This document shows positions 19,308 to 28,562 of a DNA stretch of 32,000 bases, in pieces. This DNA is from Xanthomonas campestris pv. campestris str. ATCC 33913 (lineage in GTDB: Bacteria; Pseudomonadota; Gammaproteobacteria; Xanthomonadales; Xanthomonadaceae), in the NCBI RefSeq assembly GCF_000007145.1, contig NC_003902.1:2966497-2998496 (forward strand), read 5' to 3'. Under the pieces are notes generated by a model. The model was not told where the DNA came from and made no database searches. It saw only the letters and a program-made list of their open reading frames with translations. A program made the position numbers and the translations under genes. Position 1 is the first letter of the stretch. The number at the start of each line of letters is the position of its first letter.

Positions 19308-20819
19308 TCATTCGCCGCGCTCCAAACGGGCGATCTCCTCGGCGCGGGCCGCCAGGATCAGCGCCGCGGCGCGCTCCTGGGTCATGCCCTCGATGCCGAA
19401 GTCGACGATCTCGTCCGCTGCCAGGTCGGACAAGTCCTCGCTGGTGCGCACGCCGTGCTCGGCCAGAGCAAAGGCCGTTTCCTCGTCCATCCCCTCCAAC
19501 GCCAGCAGGTCCTCGGTGGGCTGAGTCCCTTCCAGTCCTTCTTCCTCGGCCAGCGCGGCATTGAGCAGCGCGTCGCGGGCACGGGCGCGCAGTTCTTCGA
19601 CGATGTCTTCGTCGAAACCCTCCACCGCCAGCAGCTCGCCAACCGGCACGTAGGCAATTTCTTCGACCGTGTTGAAGCCTTCGGACACCAGGATCGCGGA
19701 AATTTCCTCGTCCACTTCCAGGCGATCCATGAACAGCTGGCGCGCCGATGCCTGTTCAGCCTCGGACTTGGCGGCCACCTGGTCGGCGGTCATCACGTTG
19801 AGCTGCCAACCGGTCAGGCGGCTGGCCAGACGCACGTTCTGGCCGCCCTTGCCGATCGCCTGTGCCAGGCGGTCTTCCGCCACGGCCAGGTCCATCGAAT
19901 GCTTGTCTTCATCGACGATGATCGACTGCACTTCGGCAGGCGCCATCGCGTTGATCACGAAGTTGGCCGGGTTCTCGTTCCACAACACGATGTCCACGCG
20001 CTCGCCATTGAGCTCGTTAGATACCGCCTGCACGCGCGAACCGCGCATGCCGATGCACGCACCGATCGGGTCGGTGCGGGTGTCGTGCGCAATCACCGCG
20101 ATCTTGGCGCGGTCACCCGGATCACGTGCGCAGGCCTTGATCTCGACCAGGCCCTGGCCCACTTCCGGCACTTCCAGCTTGAACAGCTCGATCATGAATT
20201 CCGGTGCGGCGCGGCTGATGAACAGCTGCGGGCCACGCGGCTCTGAGCGCACTTCGGCCAGATAACCGCGCACACGGTCGCCCGGGCGCAGCACATCGCG
20301 CGGAATGCCCTTGTCCTTCGGAATGAAGGCTTCGGCATTACCGCCCAGGTCCACAAAGATGTTGCCGCGCTCGGCACGCTTGACCACGCCGGTGATCAAC
20401 TCACCCACGCGATCCTTCCACGCATCGACCACCTGCTGCCGCTCGGCTTCGCGCACACGCTGCACGATGACCTGCTTGGCGGCCTGCGCGGCGATGCGGC
20501 CGAAGTCCGGGTTTTCGATTTGCTCTTCGACGTAGTCACCGACATCGACGCCGTCGGCTTCCTCGATGGCATCCATCAGGCGCACCTGGCGGTCGGGCGA
20601 CTCCATCACCACATCGTCGGCCACCACTTCCCAACGGCGGAAGGTTTCGTAATTGCCATCCTTGTGATCGATGGTCACGCGCGTCAGCACGTCCTGGTCG
20701 GGATAGCGCTTCTTCGCCGCGGAAGCCAAAGCGGCCTCGATCGCGTCGAAGATCACCTCACGCGGCACGCCTTTTTCGTTGGCGACCGCATCCACTACCA
20801 GCAAAAGTTCCTTGCTCAT
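19308..20819 (-). CDS. nusA: Transcription termination/antitermination factor NusA
   Basis: 503 aa beginning MSKELLLVVDAVANEKGVPREVIFDAIEAALASAAKKRY. It carries S1 and KH regions (ACIGMRGSRVQAVSNELNGERVDIV; AIGKGGQNVRLASRLTGWQLNV) and C-terminal acidic AR repeats. Confidence 0.96.
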   Translation of the reverse strand: MSKELLLVVDAVANEKGVPREVIFDAIEAALASAAKKRYPDQDVLTRVTIDHKDGNYETFRRWEVVADDVVMESPDRQVRLMDAIEEADGVDVGDYVEEQIENPDFGRIAAQAAKQVIVQRVREAERQQVVDAWKDRVGELITGVVKRAERGNIFVDLGGNAEAFIPKDKGIPRDVLRPGDRVRGYLAEVRSEPRGPQLFISRAAPEFMIELFKLEVPEVGQGLVEIKACARDPGDRAKIAVIAHDTRTDPIGACIGMRGSRVQAVSNELNGERVDIVLWNENPANFVINAMAPAEVQSIIVDEDKHSMDLAVAEDRLAQAIGKGGQNVRLASRLTGWQLNVMTADQVAAKSEAEQASARQLFMDRLEVDEEISAILVSEGFNTVEEIAYVPVGELLAVEGFDEDIVEELRARARDALLNAALAEEEGLEGTQPTEDLLALEGMDEETAFALAEHGVRTSEDLSDLAADEIVDFGIEGMTQERAAALILAARAEEIARLERGE

Positions 20820-20823
20820 TTAG

Positions 20824-21414
20824 TCACTCCGCGCGCGGCTTGCCAGCCGCCGGCTCGTTGGATGGTTTCTTCTTGTCGTGCCCGGGTTTTTTCGGGCCGG
20901 GCTTATTCGGTTTCTGCGGTGCCAGGCCCAGTGCGACCCAGTCCGGCAGGATGCGCGCCTTGTCGATATTGTCGAAGCCGATCTGCACGTCCTTGCCATC
21001 GACCGAGAACACGACTGCAGCAGCTTCAGTGTCGATGCGGACGATCTGGCCCTGAAAGCGGCGCCGGCCATCCTGCGCCAGCTTCAACACGATCTTGGCG
21101 GACTCGCCGACATGGCGGGCGAACTGATCCAGCGTGAACAAGGGACGATCCACACCTGGCGAGGAGACTTCCAGGGTGTAATTGCCGCTGATTGGATCTT
21201 CGACGTCCAACTGGGCAGACACTTCGCGGCTCACGCGCTCGCAGTCATCGACGTTGATGATGCGATCGGGCTGCTCGGCGAGCGGCACATCGATATACAG
21301 GCGCAACGTTGCGCCACCCGGGGCCGGAAGATATTCGACACCCAGCAGTTCCAGACCCAAGGACTCAACCGTTGGACCCAGCAGATTGGCGATTTCGGTC
21401 GCTTTTTCGCTCAC
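20824..21414 (-). CDS. rimP: Ribosome maturation factor RimP (with Lys/Pro-rich C-terminal extension)
   Basis: 196 aa with a GTG start at 21412-21414. ...[11 protein letters not shown]...LRLYID....[41 protein letters not shown] matches E. coli RimP. Confidence 0.9.
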   Translation of the reverse strand: MSEKATEIANLLGPTVESLGLELLGVEYLPAPGGATLRLYIDVPLAEQPDRIINVDDCERVSREVSAQLDVEDPISGNYTLEVSSPGVDRPLFTLDQFARHVGESAKIVLKLAQDGRRRFQGQIVRIDTEAAAVVFSVDGKDVQIGFDNIDKARILPDWVALGLAPQKPNKPGPKKPGHDKKKPSNEPAAGKPRAE

Positions 21415-21481
21415 AGACTGCCCTGATCAGATGATTGCCAGTAGAACCCCCGGCAACCGGCAGCAAACTTTCCGGTTCCGG

Positions 21482-21509
21482 AAAAAACAAGGGGCCCGAT
21501 GGGCCCCTT
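21482..21509 (-). terminator. Intrinsic terminator (second of a tandem pair) between tRNA-fMet and rimP
   Basis: On the minus strand a 9-bp stem aaggggccc/gggcccctt with a 3-nt loop is followed by GTTTTTT. Confidence 0.75.
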
Positions 21510-21514
21510 GCGTG

Positions 21515-21541
21515 AAAAAAGCCCGACCTCTCAGGGTCGGC
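21515..21541 (-). terminator. Intrinsic terminator (first of a tandem pair) after tRNA-fMet
   Basis: On the minus strand a 6-7 bp stem ccgacc/ggtcgg with a 6-nt loop is followed by GC then TTTTTT. A further hairpin, aaggacg/cgtcctt, lies at 21544-21566. Confidence 0.6.
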
Positions 21542-21612
21542 GCAAGGACGGGAACATGCGTCCTTACGATCCAAGAAGCTGATGAGTTGCCCGAAGGCAA
21601 CATATCAAAACT

Positions 21613-21689
21613 TGGTAGCGGGGGCAGGATTTGAACCTGCGACCTTCGGGTTATGAGCCCGACGAGCTGCCAGACTGCTCCACCCCGCA
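21613..21689 (-). tRNA. metY: Initiator tRNA-fMet (anticodon CAT)
   Basis: The reverse complement is TGCGGGGTGGAGCAGTCTGGCAGCTCGTCGGGCTCATAACCCGAAGGTCGCAGGTTCAAATCCTGCCCCCGCTACCA, 77 nt. It is near-identical to recalled E. coli tRNA-fMet. It has the three G-C pairs closing the anticodon stem, an unpaired 1:72, A11:U24, and an encoded CCA. Its position upstream of rimP-nusA-infB matches E. coli metY. Confidence 0.92.
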
Positions 21690-21700
21690 GCAGAAGCGGA

Positions 21701-21729
21701 ATTATGAAGAACTTGGGAGAAAATTGCAA
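21701..21729 (-). promoter_or_regulatory. Candidate sigma70 promoter for tRNA-fMet / the metY-rimP-nusA-infB unit
   Basis: Minus strand reads TTGCAA (21729-21724), a 17-nt spacer, then CATAAT (21706-21701). The -10 ends 11 nt before the mature tRNA 5' end. The surrounding region is AT-richer than the rest of the window. Confidence 0.5.
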
Positions 21730-21890
21730 GCCCTAGTTTTTCATCTGTTGAAGACCTTGGAGGCTCTCAACGTCGCGGCACATGATAACCGCGATGACAC
21801 AAAAACGAAACAGCGATCACGACTTTATTTCAGTGCCCTGCCAGTTTAGTCAGGACACGTGCCTGCACACAGCGGGCACTAGCTATGCGA

Positions 21891-23354
21891 TCAGGCCAGG
21901 CCCGCAAACGCGCGCTGGCACCACACCATGATCGGGTTCCAGGCCAGGCCCAGTGCGAGCAACGCGAGCGCATTGACACCCAGCACCGTCCCCAGCACGC
22001 GATCCTTGTTGGCAGGCAGCGGCTCGCCAACCGGTTCGTCGAAGTACATGACCTTGATGACGCGCAGGTAGTAATACGCACCGATCACCGCGCACAGCAC
22101 GCCGACCATCGCGAGCCACAACATGTCGCCCTTCACCGCCGCGCCGAGCACGGCCAGCTTGGTCCAGAAACCGAGGAACGGCGGAATGCCGGCCAACGAC
22201 GCCATGATGCAGAGCACCAGGCCAGCCATCCACGGGTTGCGTGCGTTCAGGCCCTTGAAGTCGTCGATGTGCTCAGCTTCGAAGCCGCTGCGCGACAGCG
22301 CAATGATCGCGCCGAACGACGCCGTGGACATGATGGTGTAGCTCACCGCGTAGAACATCGCGGCGGCATAGCCCTCCTCGCCGCCACCTGCCACGCCCAT
22401 CAGCAGGAAGCCGATATGCGAGACCGTTGAGTACGCCAGCATGCGCTTGAGGTTGCTCTGCGCGATGGCCATCAGGTTACCGATCACCAGCGACAAAGCT
22501 GACAGGCCACCGATCAGCAGATGCCACTGCGGCGACAGCGGGCCCATGCCCATTTCGAGCAGGCGATACGCCATGCCGAAGGCGGCCAGCTTGGGCGCGG
22601 AGCTGATGAACAGCGCGATCGGCGCTGGCGCACCCTGATAGACGTCGGGCAGCCACATATGGAACGGCGCGGCACCCAGTTTGAAGGCCACACCGGCGAT
22701 CATGAAGATCGTACCGGTCAGCAACAGCGTGCGCTCGCCCGAGCCTTCGATTGCGTCGTGGATGCCGGCCAGGCTCAGCGTCCCCGTGGCGCCATACACC
22801 AGCGACATGCCGTACAACAGCAGACCGGAGGCCAGCGAACCCAGCACGAAGTACTTCATCGCCGCTTCGGTCGCCAGGCCGTTGTCCCGGTTGGACGCCA
22901 CCAGCGCATACGAGCACAGCGCCAGCAACTCCAGGCCAAGGTAGACCATCAGCAGGCTGCCGGCGGAGGTGAGCAGCATCATGCCGGCAGTCGCAAACAG
23001 CACCAGCACCGGAATCTCGCCCTGGTACAGATTGCGCTCGCGCAGATAGCTCCAGCCGTAAACCAGGCTCAGGCCACTGACCAGCACGATCACCGTCTTC
23101 ATGACATCGGCGGCGGTGTCGCGCACGAACATGCCGTGGAAGGCTTCGCCCTGCCCGCCCGTGCCGGTTGCCAGCATCACCAGCACCACGGCCAGGACTG
23201 CGACAGAGAACAGGTGGGTCCAGACCTTGTGCCGCTGGCTCACGAACAGATCGATCATCAACAGTGCGAAGGCACCGCCGATCAGCACCAGCTCCGGTGC
23301 GAGCGGAGCCAGGTCAGCGGTGGTCAACGGCGCGAGCGTTGGCGTGGTCATCAT
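21891..23354 (-). CDS. nuoN: NADH-quinone oxidoreductase subunit N
   Basis: The first M in the track is a TTG, so I chose the ATG at 23352-23354 (AGGA upstream); another ATG lies 3 nt further in. This multi-TM antiporter-like subunit is the last gene of the nuo series. Confidence 0.93.
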   Translation of the reverse strand: MMTTPTLAPLTTADLAPLAPELVLIGGAFALLMIDLFVSQRHKVWTHLFSVAVLAVVLVMLATGTGGQGEAFHGMFVRDTAADVMKTVIVLVSGLSLVYGWSYLRERNLYQGEIPVLVLFATAGMMLLTSAGSLLMVYLGLELLALCSYALVASNRDNGLATEAAMKYFVLGSLASGLLLYGMSLVYGATGTLSLAGIHDAIEGSGERTLLLTGTIFMIAGVAFKLGAAPFHMWLPDVYQGAPAPIALFISSAPKLAAFGMAYRLLEMGMGPLSPQWHLLIGGLSALSLVIGNLMAIAQSNLKRMLAYSTVSHIGFLLMGVAGGGEEGYAAAMFYAVSYTIMSTASFGAIIALSRSGFEAEHIDDFKGLNARNPWMAGLVLCIMASLAGIPPFLGFWTKLAVLGAAVKGDMLWLAMVGVLCAVIGAYYYLRVIKVMYFDEPVGEPLPANKDRVLGTVLGVNALALLALGLAWNPIMVWCQRAFAGLA

Positions 23355-23387
23355 CAAATCCTGAAAATCAATACGGACGGCAAGCGG

Positions 23388-24890
23388 TTAGAGCTTGGTC
23401 GTTGCAATCTGGGTCGCCAGCTTGGCGATCGACGGTTCCATCAGGTCGGTCAGCGGCTTCGGATACAGGCCAAGCGCCAGTACACCGGCAGCAAACACGC
23501 CCAACACGAAGGCCTCGCGACCGTTGATGTCCTTCAGCTCCGCCACATGCGCATTGGCCACTTCGCCGAAGAACACGCGCTTGTAGAGCCACAGCGTGTA
23601 GGCCGCGGTGATCACCAGCGTGGTTGCCGCAGCAAAGGCCACCAACGGATGCTTCTGGAAGCTGGCCAGGATGACCATGAATTCGCCAACGAAACCGCTC
23701 GTGCCCGGCAGGCCGGCGTTCGCCATGAAGAACAACATGGCAAAGGTGGCAAACCACGGCATGACATTCACCACGCCGCCGTAATCGGCAATGCGGCGGG
23801 TATGCATGCGGTCGTACAGCACGCCGATGCAGGAGAACATCGCGCCGGATACGAAGCCGTGCGAAATCATTTGCACCATCGCGCCCTGCAGGCCAAGACG
23901 GGCCGCATCGGTGCTGCCGTACTCGCGCACCAGGGTGAACGCGATGAAGGTGCCGAGGGTGACGAAGCCCATGTGCGCGATGGACGAATACGCCACCAGC
24001 TTCTTCATGTCGTCCTGCACCAGCGCCACCAGGCCGACGTAAATCACCGCGATCAGCGACAGCGCGATCACCAGCCAGGCCCATTGGTTGCTGGCGTCAG
24101 GCAGGATCGGCAGGTTGAAGCGCAGGAAGCCGTAGCCGCCGATCTTCAGCGCGATCGCCGCAAGGATCACCGAGCCGGCGGTCGGTGCCTCAACGTGCGC
24201 ATCCGGCAGCCAGGTGTGCACCGGGAACATCGGCACCTTGACCGCGAAAGCGATCATGAACGCGAAGAAGATCCAGGTCTGTTCCTTGGCGGTCAGCTGC
24301 AGCGCGTACAGGTCGGCGAGCTGGAAGCTGCCACCCTTCAGGTACAGGTAGATCAGGCCCACCAGCATCAGCACCGAGCCGAGGAAGGTGTACAGGAAGA
24401 ACTTCATGGCCGCGTAGATGCGACGCGGGCCGCCCCAGACACCGATGATCAGGAACATCGGGATCAGCATGGCTTCGAAGAACACGTAGAACAGCATCGC
24501 GTCGGTGGCCGCAAAGATGCCGACCGTGACGCCTTCGAGGATCAGGAAGGCCGCAACGTACTGGTTGACGCGCTTGTCGATCGAGCGCCAGGCGCCGATC
24601 AACGCAAGCACGGTCACCAGCGTGGTCAACACGATCAACGCGACCGCAATGCCGTCCACGCCCAGGTTGTAGCCGATGTTGTAGGCCGGGATCCAGGCAT
24701 GTTGCTCGATGAACTGCATGGCATCGTTCGCCGTGTCATACCCGAGCAGCGGCAGACTCAGCACGAAGGTCGCCACGGCCACCGCAAGAGACGCCCAGCG
24801 GGCGGTCTCGGCGTTGCGCAATGCGAGGATCAGGGCGCCACCGATAATCGGCAGCCAGATCAGAAGAGACAGTAAAGGCCAGTTCGACAC
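23388..24890 (-). CDS. nuoM: NADH-quinone oxidoreductase subunit M
   Basis: 500 aa with a GTG start. The product begins MSNWPLLSLLIWLPIIGGALIL and contains ...GVDGIAVALIVLTTL..., WLPDAHVEAPTAGSVILAAIALKIGGYG and KKLVAYSSIAHMGF. Confidence 0.95.
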   Translation of the reverse strand: MSNWPLLSLLIWLPIIGGALILALRNAETARWASLAVAVATFVLSLPLLGYDTANDAMQFIEQHAWIPAYNIGYNLGVDGIAVALIVLTTLVTVLALIGAWRSIDKRVNQYVAAFLILEGVTVGIFAATDAMLFYVFFEAMLIPMFLIIGVWGGPRRIYAAMKFFLYTFLGSVLMLVGLIYLYLKGGSFQLADLYALQLTAKEQTWIFFAFMIAFAVKVPMFPVHTWLPDAHVEAPTAGSVILAAIALKIGGYGFLRFNLPILPDASNQWAWLVIALSLIAVIYVGLVALVQDDMKKLVAYSSIAHMGFVTLGTFIAFTLVREYGSTDAARLGLQGAMVQMISHGFVSGAMFSCIGVLYDRMHTRRIADYGGVVNVMPWFATFAMLFFMANAGLPGTSGFVGEFMVILASFQKHPLVAFAAATTLVITAAYTLWLYKRVFFGEVANAHVAELKDINGREAFVLGVFAAGVLALGLYPKPLTDLMEPSIAKLATQIATTKL

Positions 24891-24910
24891 GTTTTCTTAT
24901 TCCGTACAGG

Positions 24911-27094
24911 TCAACGCCAGAAATGCATCAGTACCGCCAACAAGGCGATCAAACCGATGATCATTGCGAAGGCGTAGTGATAGAGGAAACCGGATTGCGT
25001 GCGACGCAGCAGATGTGCAGCCAGGTCGATCAGTCGGGCAGAACCATTGACCGCCACGCCATCCACCACGTGGGTGTCGATTGCGCGGGAAGCCTTTCCA
25101 AGGACCACGCCACCACCGGCGAAGCCATTGATCCACAGCTTGTCAAAGCCGTACTTGTTTTCCAGCAGCCACACGATCGGCGCAAACGCCTTGCGTGACT
25201 TGGTGGCCAGCTCTGGCTTCCAGAGATAGAACAGCGCGGCCAGCAGCAGGCCGGCGACCGTCAGGAAGAACGGTGCCGCCATCATGCCGTGCAGCGCGAA
25301 CGCCACCGGACCATGGAATTCTTCGGCCAATGCGCCGACGGTGTCGCGCGCCGGGTCGTAGAAGTCGACGATGCCGGTGAAGAACGACACGGCCTGCCCC
25401 TTCATCGCATGCGCCGCGTGGTGGCCTTGCCAGTCGGTACCGAACAGCATCGGGCCGATGGTGAAGAAGCCGATCGCCACCGACGGAATCGCCAGCAAGA
25501 TGAGCGGCAGCGTGACCACCCACTTGGACTCGTGCGGCTCGTGCGGCTCGTGGGCACCGTGGTGACCATGACCATGACCATGATCGTCGTGCCCATGCGC
25601 ATCGTGTGCATCATGACCGTGGCTGTCGTGCGTATGCACCTGCGCCTCGGCATCGGTATGGGCGCTGTCGTGATGGGCGTGCACGTCATGTGCATGCGCA
25701 TCGCGGAAGCGTTCCTTGCCGTGGAAGGTCAGGAACAGCAGGCGGAAGCTGTAGAAGCTGGTGACCAGCACGCCGCCGAGCACTGCCCAGTAGCCGTAGG
25801 TGGCGATCCAGCTGTGCGACTCATGCGCGTGGTGCGCGGCCGCTTCGATGATGGTGTCCTTCGAGTAGAAACCCGAGAAGAACGGCGTACCGACCAGCGC
25901 CAGGGTACCGATCACGCTGGTCCAGTAGGTCACCTTCATGTACTTGCGCAGCCCGCCCATCTTGCGCATGTCCTGCTCGTGGTGCATGCCGATGATGACC
26001 GAGCCGGCCGCAAGGAACAGCAGCGCCTTGAAGAAGGCATGCGTCATCAGGTGGAACACGGCGGCCGAATAGGCAGAGACGCCCAGCGCGACGGTCATGT
26101 AGCCCAGCTGCGACAGCGTGGAATACGCCACCACGCGCTTGATGTCGTTCTGCACGATGCCGATCAGGCCGGTGAAGAAGGCCGTGGTCGCACCGATGAA
26201 CAGGATGAAGTTCAGCGCGGTTTCGGACAGCTCGAACAGCGGCGACATGCGCGCCACCATGAAGATGCCCGCGGTCACCATCGTCGCGGCATGGATCAGT
26301 GCCGAAATCGGGGTCGGGCCTTCCATCGAGTCCGGCAGCCACACATGCAGCGGCACCTGCGCCGACTTGCCCATCGCACCAATGAACAGGCAGATGCAGA
26401 TCAGCGTCATCACGCTCCACTCGTGGCCGGCGAACAGCTGCACCTTGGCACCAGCCATGGTGGTCGCGTTGGCAAACACGGTGGAGTAGTCGAGCGAGCC
26501 GAACCACAGCAGCACCCCGGCAATGCCCAGGATGAAACCGAAGTCGCCCACGCGGTTGACCAGGAACGCCTTCATGTTGGCGAACACAGCGGTCGGGCGC
26601 TTGAACCAGAAGCCGATCAACAGGTAGGACACCAGGCCCACCGCTTCCCAGCCGAAGAACAGCTGCAGGAAGTTGTTGCTCATCACCAGCGTCAGCATGG
26701 AGAAGGTGAACAACGAGATGTAGCTGAAGAAGCGCTGGTAACCCGGGTCTTCTTCCATGTAGCCGATGGTGTAGATGTGCACCAGCAGTGACACGAAGGT
26801 CACCACCACCATCATCATCGCGGTCAGGCGGTCGACCATGAAGCCGACATGCGCCGAGTAGTTACCGACGTCGAAGAAGGTGTACAGGTTCTGGTTGAAC
26901 GGGCTGGCGCCCAGCTCCACCAGTTGGTACAGCGTCAGGCAGGACAACACGCAGCTGACCGCCACACCGAGGATGGTGACGTATTGCGCGCCCTTGCGCC
27001 CTACCTGGCGACCGAAGAGGCCGGCGACGATGCTGCCGACCAGCGGTGCAAGCACCACTGCGATCAGCAGACTCTTGGAGAGAGTGATTTCCAT
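24911..27094 (-). CDS. nuoL: NADH-quinone oxidoreductase subunit L (with His-rich insertion)
   Basis: 727 aa. The product contains WLPDSMEGPTPISALIHAATMVTAGIFM and KRVVAYSTLSQLGYM, plus the C-terminal lateral-helix/TM16 region. Confidence 0.95.
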   Translation of the reverse strand: MEITLSKSLLIAVVLAPLVGSIVAGLFGRQVGRKGAQYVTILGVAVSCVLSCLTLYQLVELGASPFNQNLYTFFDVGNYSAHVGFMVDRLTAMMMVVVTFVSLLVHIYTIGYMEEDPGYQRFFSYISLFTFSMLTLVMSNNFLQLFFGWEAVGLVSYLLIGFWFKRPTAVFANMKAFLVNRVGDFGFILGIAGVLLWFGSLDYSTVFANATTMAGAKVQLFAGHEWSVMTLICICLFIGAMGKSAQVPLHVWLPDSMEGPTPISALIHAATMVTAGIFMVARMSPLFELSETALNFILFIGATTAFFTGLIGIVQNDIKRVVAYSTLSQLGYMTVALGVSAYSAAVFHLMTHAFFKALLFLAAGSVIIGMHHEQDMRKMGGLRKYMKVTYWTSVIGTLALVGTPFFSGFYSKDTIIEAAAHHAHESHSWIATYGYWAVLGGVLVTSFYSFRLLFLTFHGKERFRDAHAHDVHAHHDSAHTDAEAQVHTHDSHGHDAHDAHGHDDHGHGHGHHGAHEPHEPHESKWVVTLPLILLAIPSVAIGFFTIGPMLFGTDWQGHHAAHAMKGQAVSFFTGIVDFYDPARDTVGALAEEFHGPVAFALHGMMAAPFFLTVAGLLLAALFYLWKPELATKSRKAFAPIVWLLENKYGFDKLWINGFAGGGVVLGKASRAIDTHVVDGVAVNGSARLIDLAAHLLRRTQSGFLYHYAFAMIIGLIALLAVLMHFWR

Positions 27095-27101
27095 CTACAG
27101 G

Positions 27102-27407
27102 TCAGCCCTTCAACGTATCGACTTCGGCCACATTGATCGTGCGGCGCGTACGGAACAGTGTCACCAGGATCGCAAGGCCGATGGCGGCCTCCGCGGCGGC
27201 AACGGTCAGGATGAAGAACACGAACAACTGACCTGCGGTATCGCCGAGCTCGCGCGAGAAAGCGATGAAGTTGACGTTGACCGACAACAGCATCAGCTCG
27301 ATCGACATCAACAGCACGATGACGTTCTTGCGATTGAGGAAGATGCCGGCCAGCGAGATGCAGAACAGCACCGCGCCCAAGCCCAGCAGGTGGCCCAAGG
27401 TAATCAA
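27102..27407 (-). CDS. nuoK: NADH-quinone oxidoreductase subunit K
   Basis: 101 aa with an apparent TTG start at 27405-27407 that overlaps the nuoJ stop as TTGA. The product contains ...[19 protein letters not shown]...[18 protein letters not shown]. Confidence 0.92.
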
Positions 27408-28063
27408 GACTTCGCCTCCTGTCCGTCGGTCGCATCCAGGGTCGGCGCAACCTGTACCGGCTTTTCAACCGCCATTTTGACCATGCGCAGACGGTCGGTG
27501 GACCGCACCCGCGACTGCTCGCTTGCATTCTGCATCTTGATGCCGGTGCGCTTGCGCAAGGTCAGCATCACCGCCGCCACCACGGCAACGGTCAGGATCA
27601 CCGCAGCGAACTCGAACGGCAGCAAGAACTCGGTGTACAGGCTCTTTGCCAGCCAGGTCAGGTTGGACGTATCGGTGGCTTGCGCGGCAGCGTTATCGAC
27701 CGGGAACGGGGTGGCCAAGCGTGCCTTGACCCCGATCAGCGTGACCATCTGGGCCAGCATGGCAACCGCCACAATGACGCCGACCGGCATGTACTTGACC
27801 CAGCCTTCGCGCAACCGGCTAGTGTCGATGTCCAGCATCATCACCACGAACAGGAACAGCACCATCACCGCGCCGACGTAGACCAGCACCAGGGTTACGC
27901 CCAGGAACTCGGCGCCCACCAGCAGCCAGATGCAGGCCATCGAGAAGAAGGTGAGGATCAGGCACAACACGGCATACACCGGGTTGCGCACGCTGATCAC
28001 CGCACCGGCGGAGACGACCGCGACGGCGGAGAAGGCGTAGAAAGCAATAGTGACCCAGTCCAT
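27404..28063 (-). CDS. nuoJ: NADH-quinone oxidoreductase subunit J
   Basis: The track ORF 27404..28417 was trimmed to [40 protein letters not shown].... There are two adjacent ATGs at 28066 and 28063. GAGG is 5 nt from the second, which I chose. Confidence 0.9.
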
Positions 28064-28070
28064 CATGACC

Positions 28071-28559
28071 TCAACGGAAGGCGGCATCGGCAGCGCGACG
28101 CTCGGCGATCTCGGCTTCAAGCCGGTCTCCGATCGCCAGCAGCTGCGGCTTGTTGACAATATTCTCGCCACGCTTCTCGAAGTGGTACTCGAGGATGTGC
28201 GTTTCGACGATCGAGTCCACCGGGCAGCTTTCTTCGCAGAAGCCGCAGAAGATGCACTTGAACAGGTCGATGTCGTAGCGCGTGGTGCGACGGGTGCCGT
28301 CCTCGCGCTTGGCCGAGTCGATGGTGATCGCCAGTGCCGGGCAAACCGCTTCGCACAGCTTGCAGGCAATGCAGCGCTCTTCGCCATTGGGGTAGCGACG
28401 CAGCGCGTGCAACCCACGGAAGCGCGGCGACTGCGGGAACTTCTCCATCGGATACAGCACGGTGTACTTGGGCTTGAACGTGTATTTCAACGTCAGCCAC
28501 AGCCCTCCGAGCAGTTCGAGCAGCAGCAGGCTCTTGAAGTAATGGGTGATCTTGTTCAT
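28071..28559 (-). CDS. nuoI: NADH-quinone oxidoreductase subunit I (2x[4Fe-4S] ferredoxin-type)
   Basis: The first M in the track is a TTG; the ATG at 28557-28559 gives MNKITHYF.... Two cluster motifs are present: [12 protein letters not shown] and [12 protein letters not shown]. Confidence 0.94.
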   Translation of the reverse strand: MNKITHYFKSLLLLELLGGLWLTLKYTFKPKYTVLYPMEKFPQSPRFRGLHALRRYPNGEERCIACKLCEAVCPALAITIDSAKREDGTRRTTRYDIDLFKCIFCGFCEESCPVDSIVETHILEYHFEKRGENIVNKPQLLAIGDRLEAEIAERRAADAAFR

Positions 28560-28562
28560 CAA

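Noticed and set aside
21831-21890. Stem (agtgccc/gggcact, 21832-21880) after nuoN as the nuo operon terminator
   Set aside because: The loop is very large with only a weak inner stem, and no T-tract follows on the minus strand. I could not support calling it an intrinsic terminator.
21613-21900. tRNA gene as an integration hot spot (genomic island or prophage junction)
   Set aside because: There is no integrase, no phage or IS gene, and no direct repeat of the tRNA 3' end that I could spot on either side. The tRNA sits in its conserved metY position between the nuo operon and rimP.
25529-25702. Short tandem DNA repeats as a CRISPR-like or minisatellite element
   Set aside because: The repeats are 6-9 bp, in frame, and inside nuoL. 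They are fully explained as coding for HEP and HG repeats, and there is no spacer/repeat architecture. They are reported instead as a protein-level insertion.
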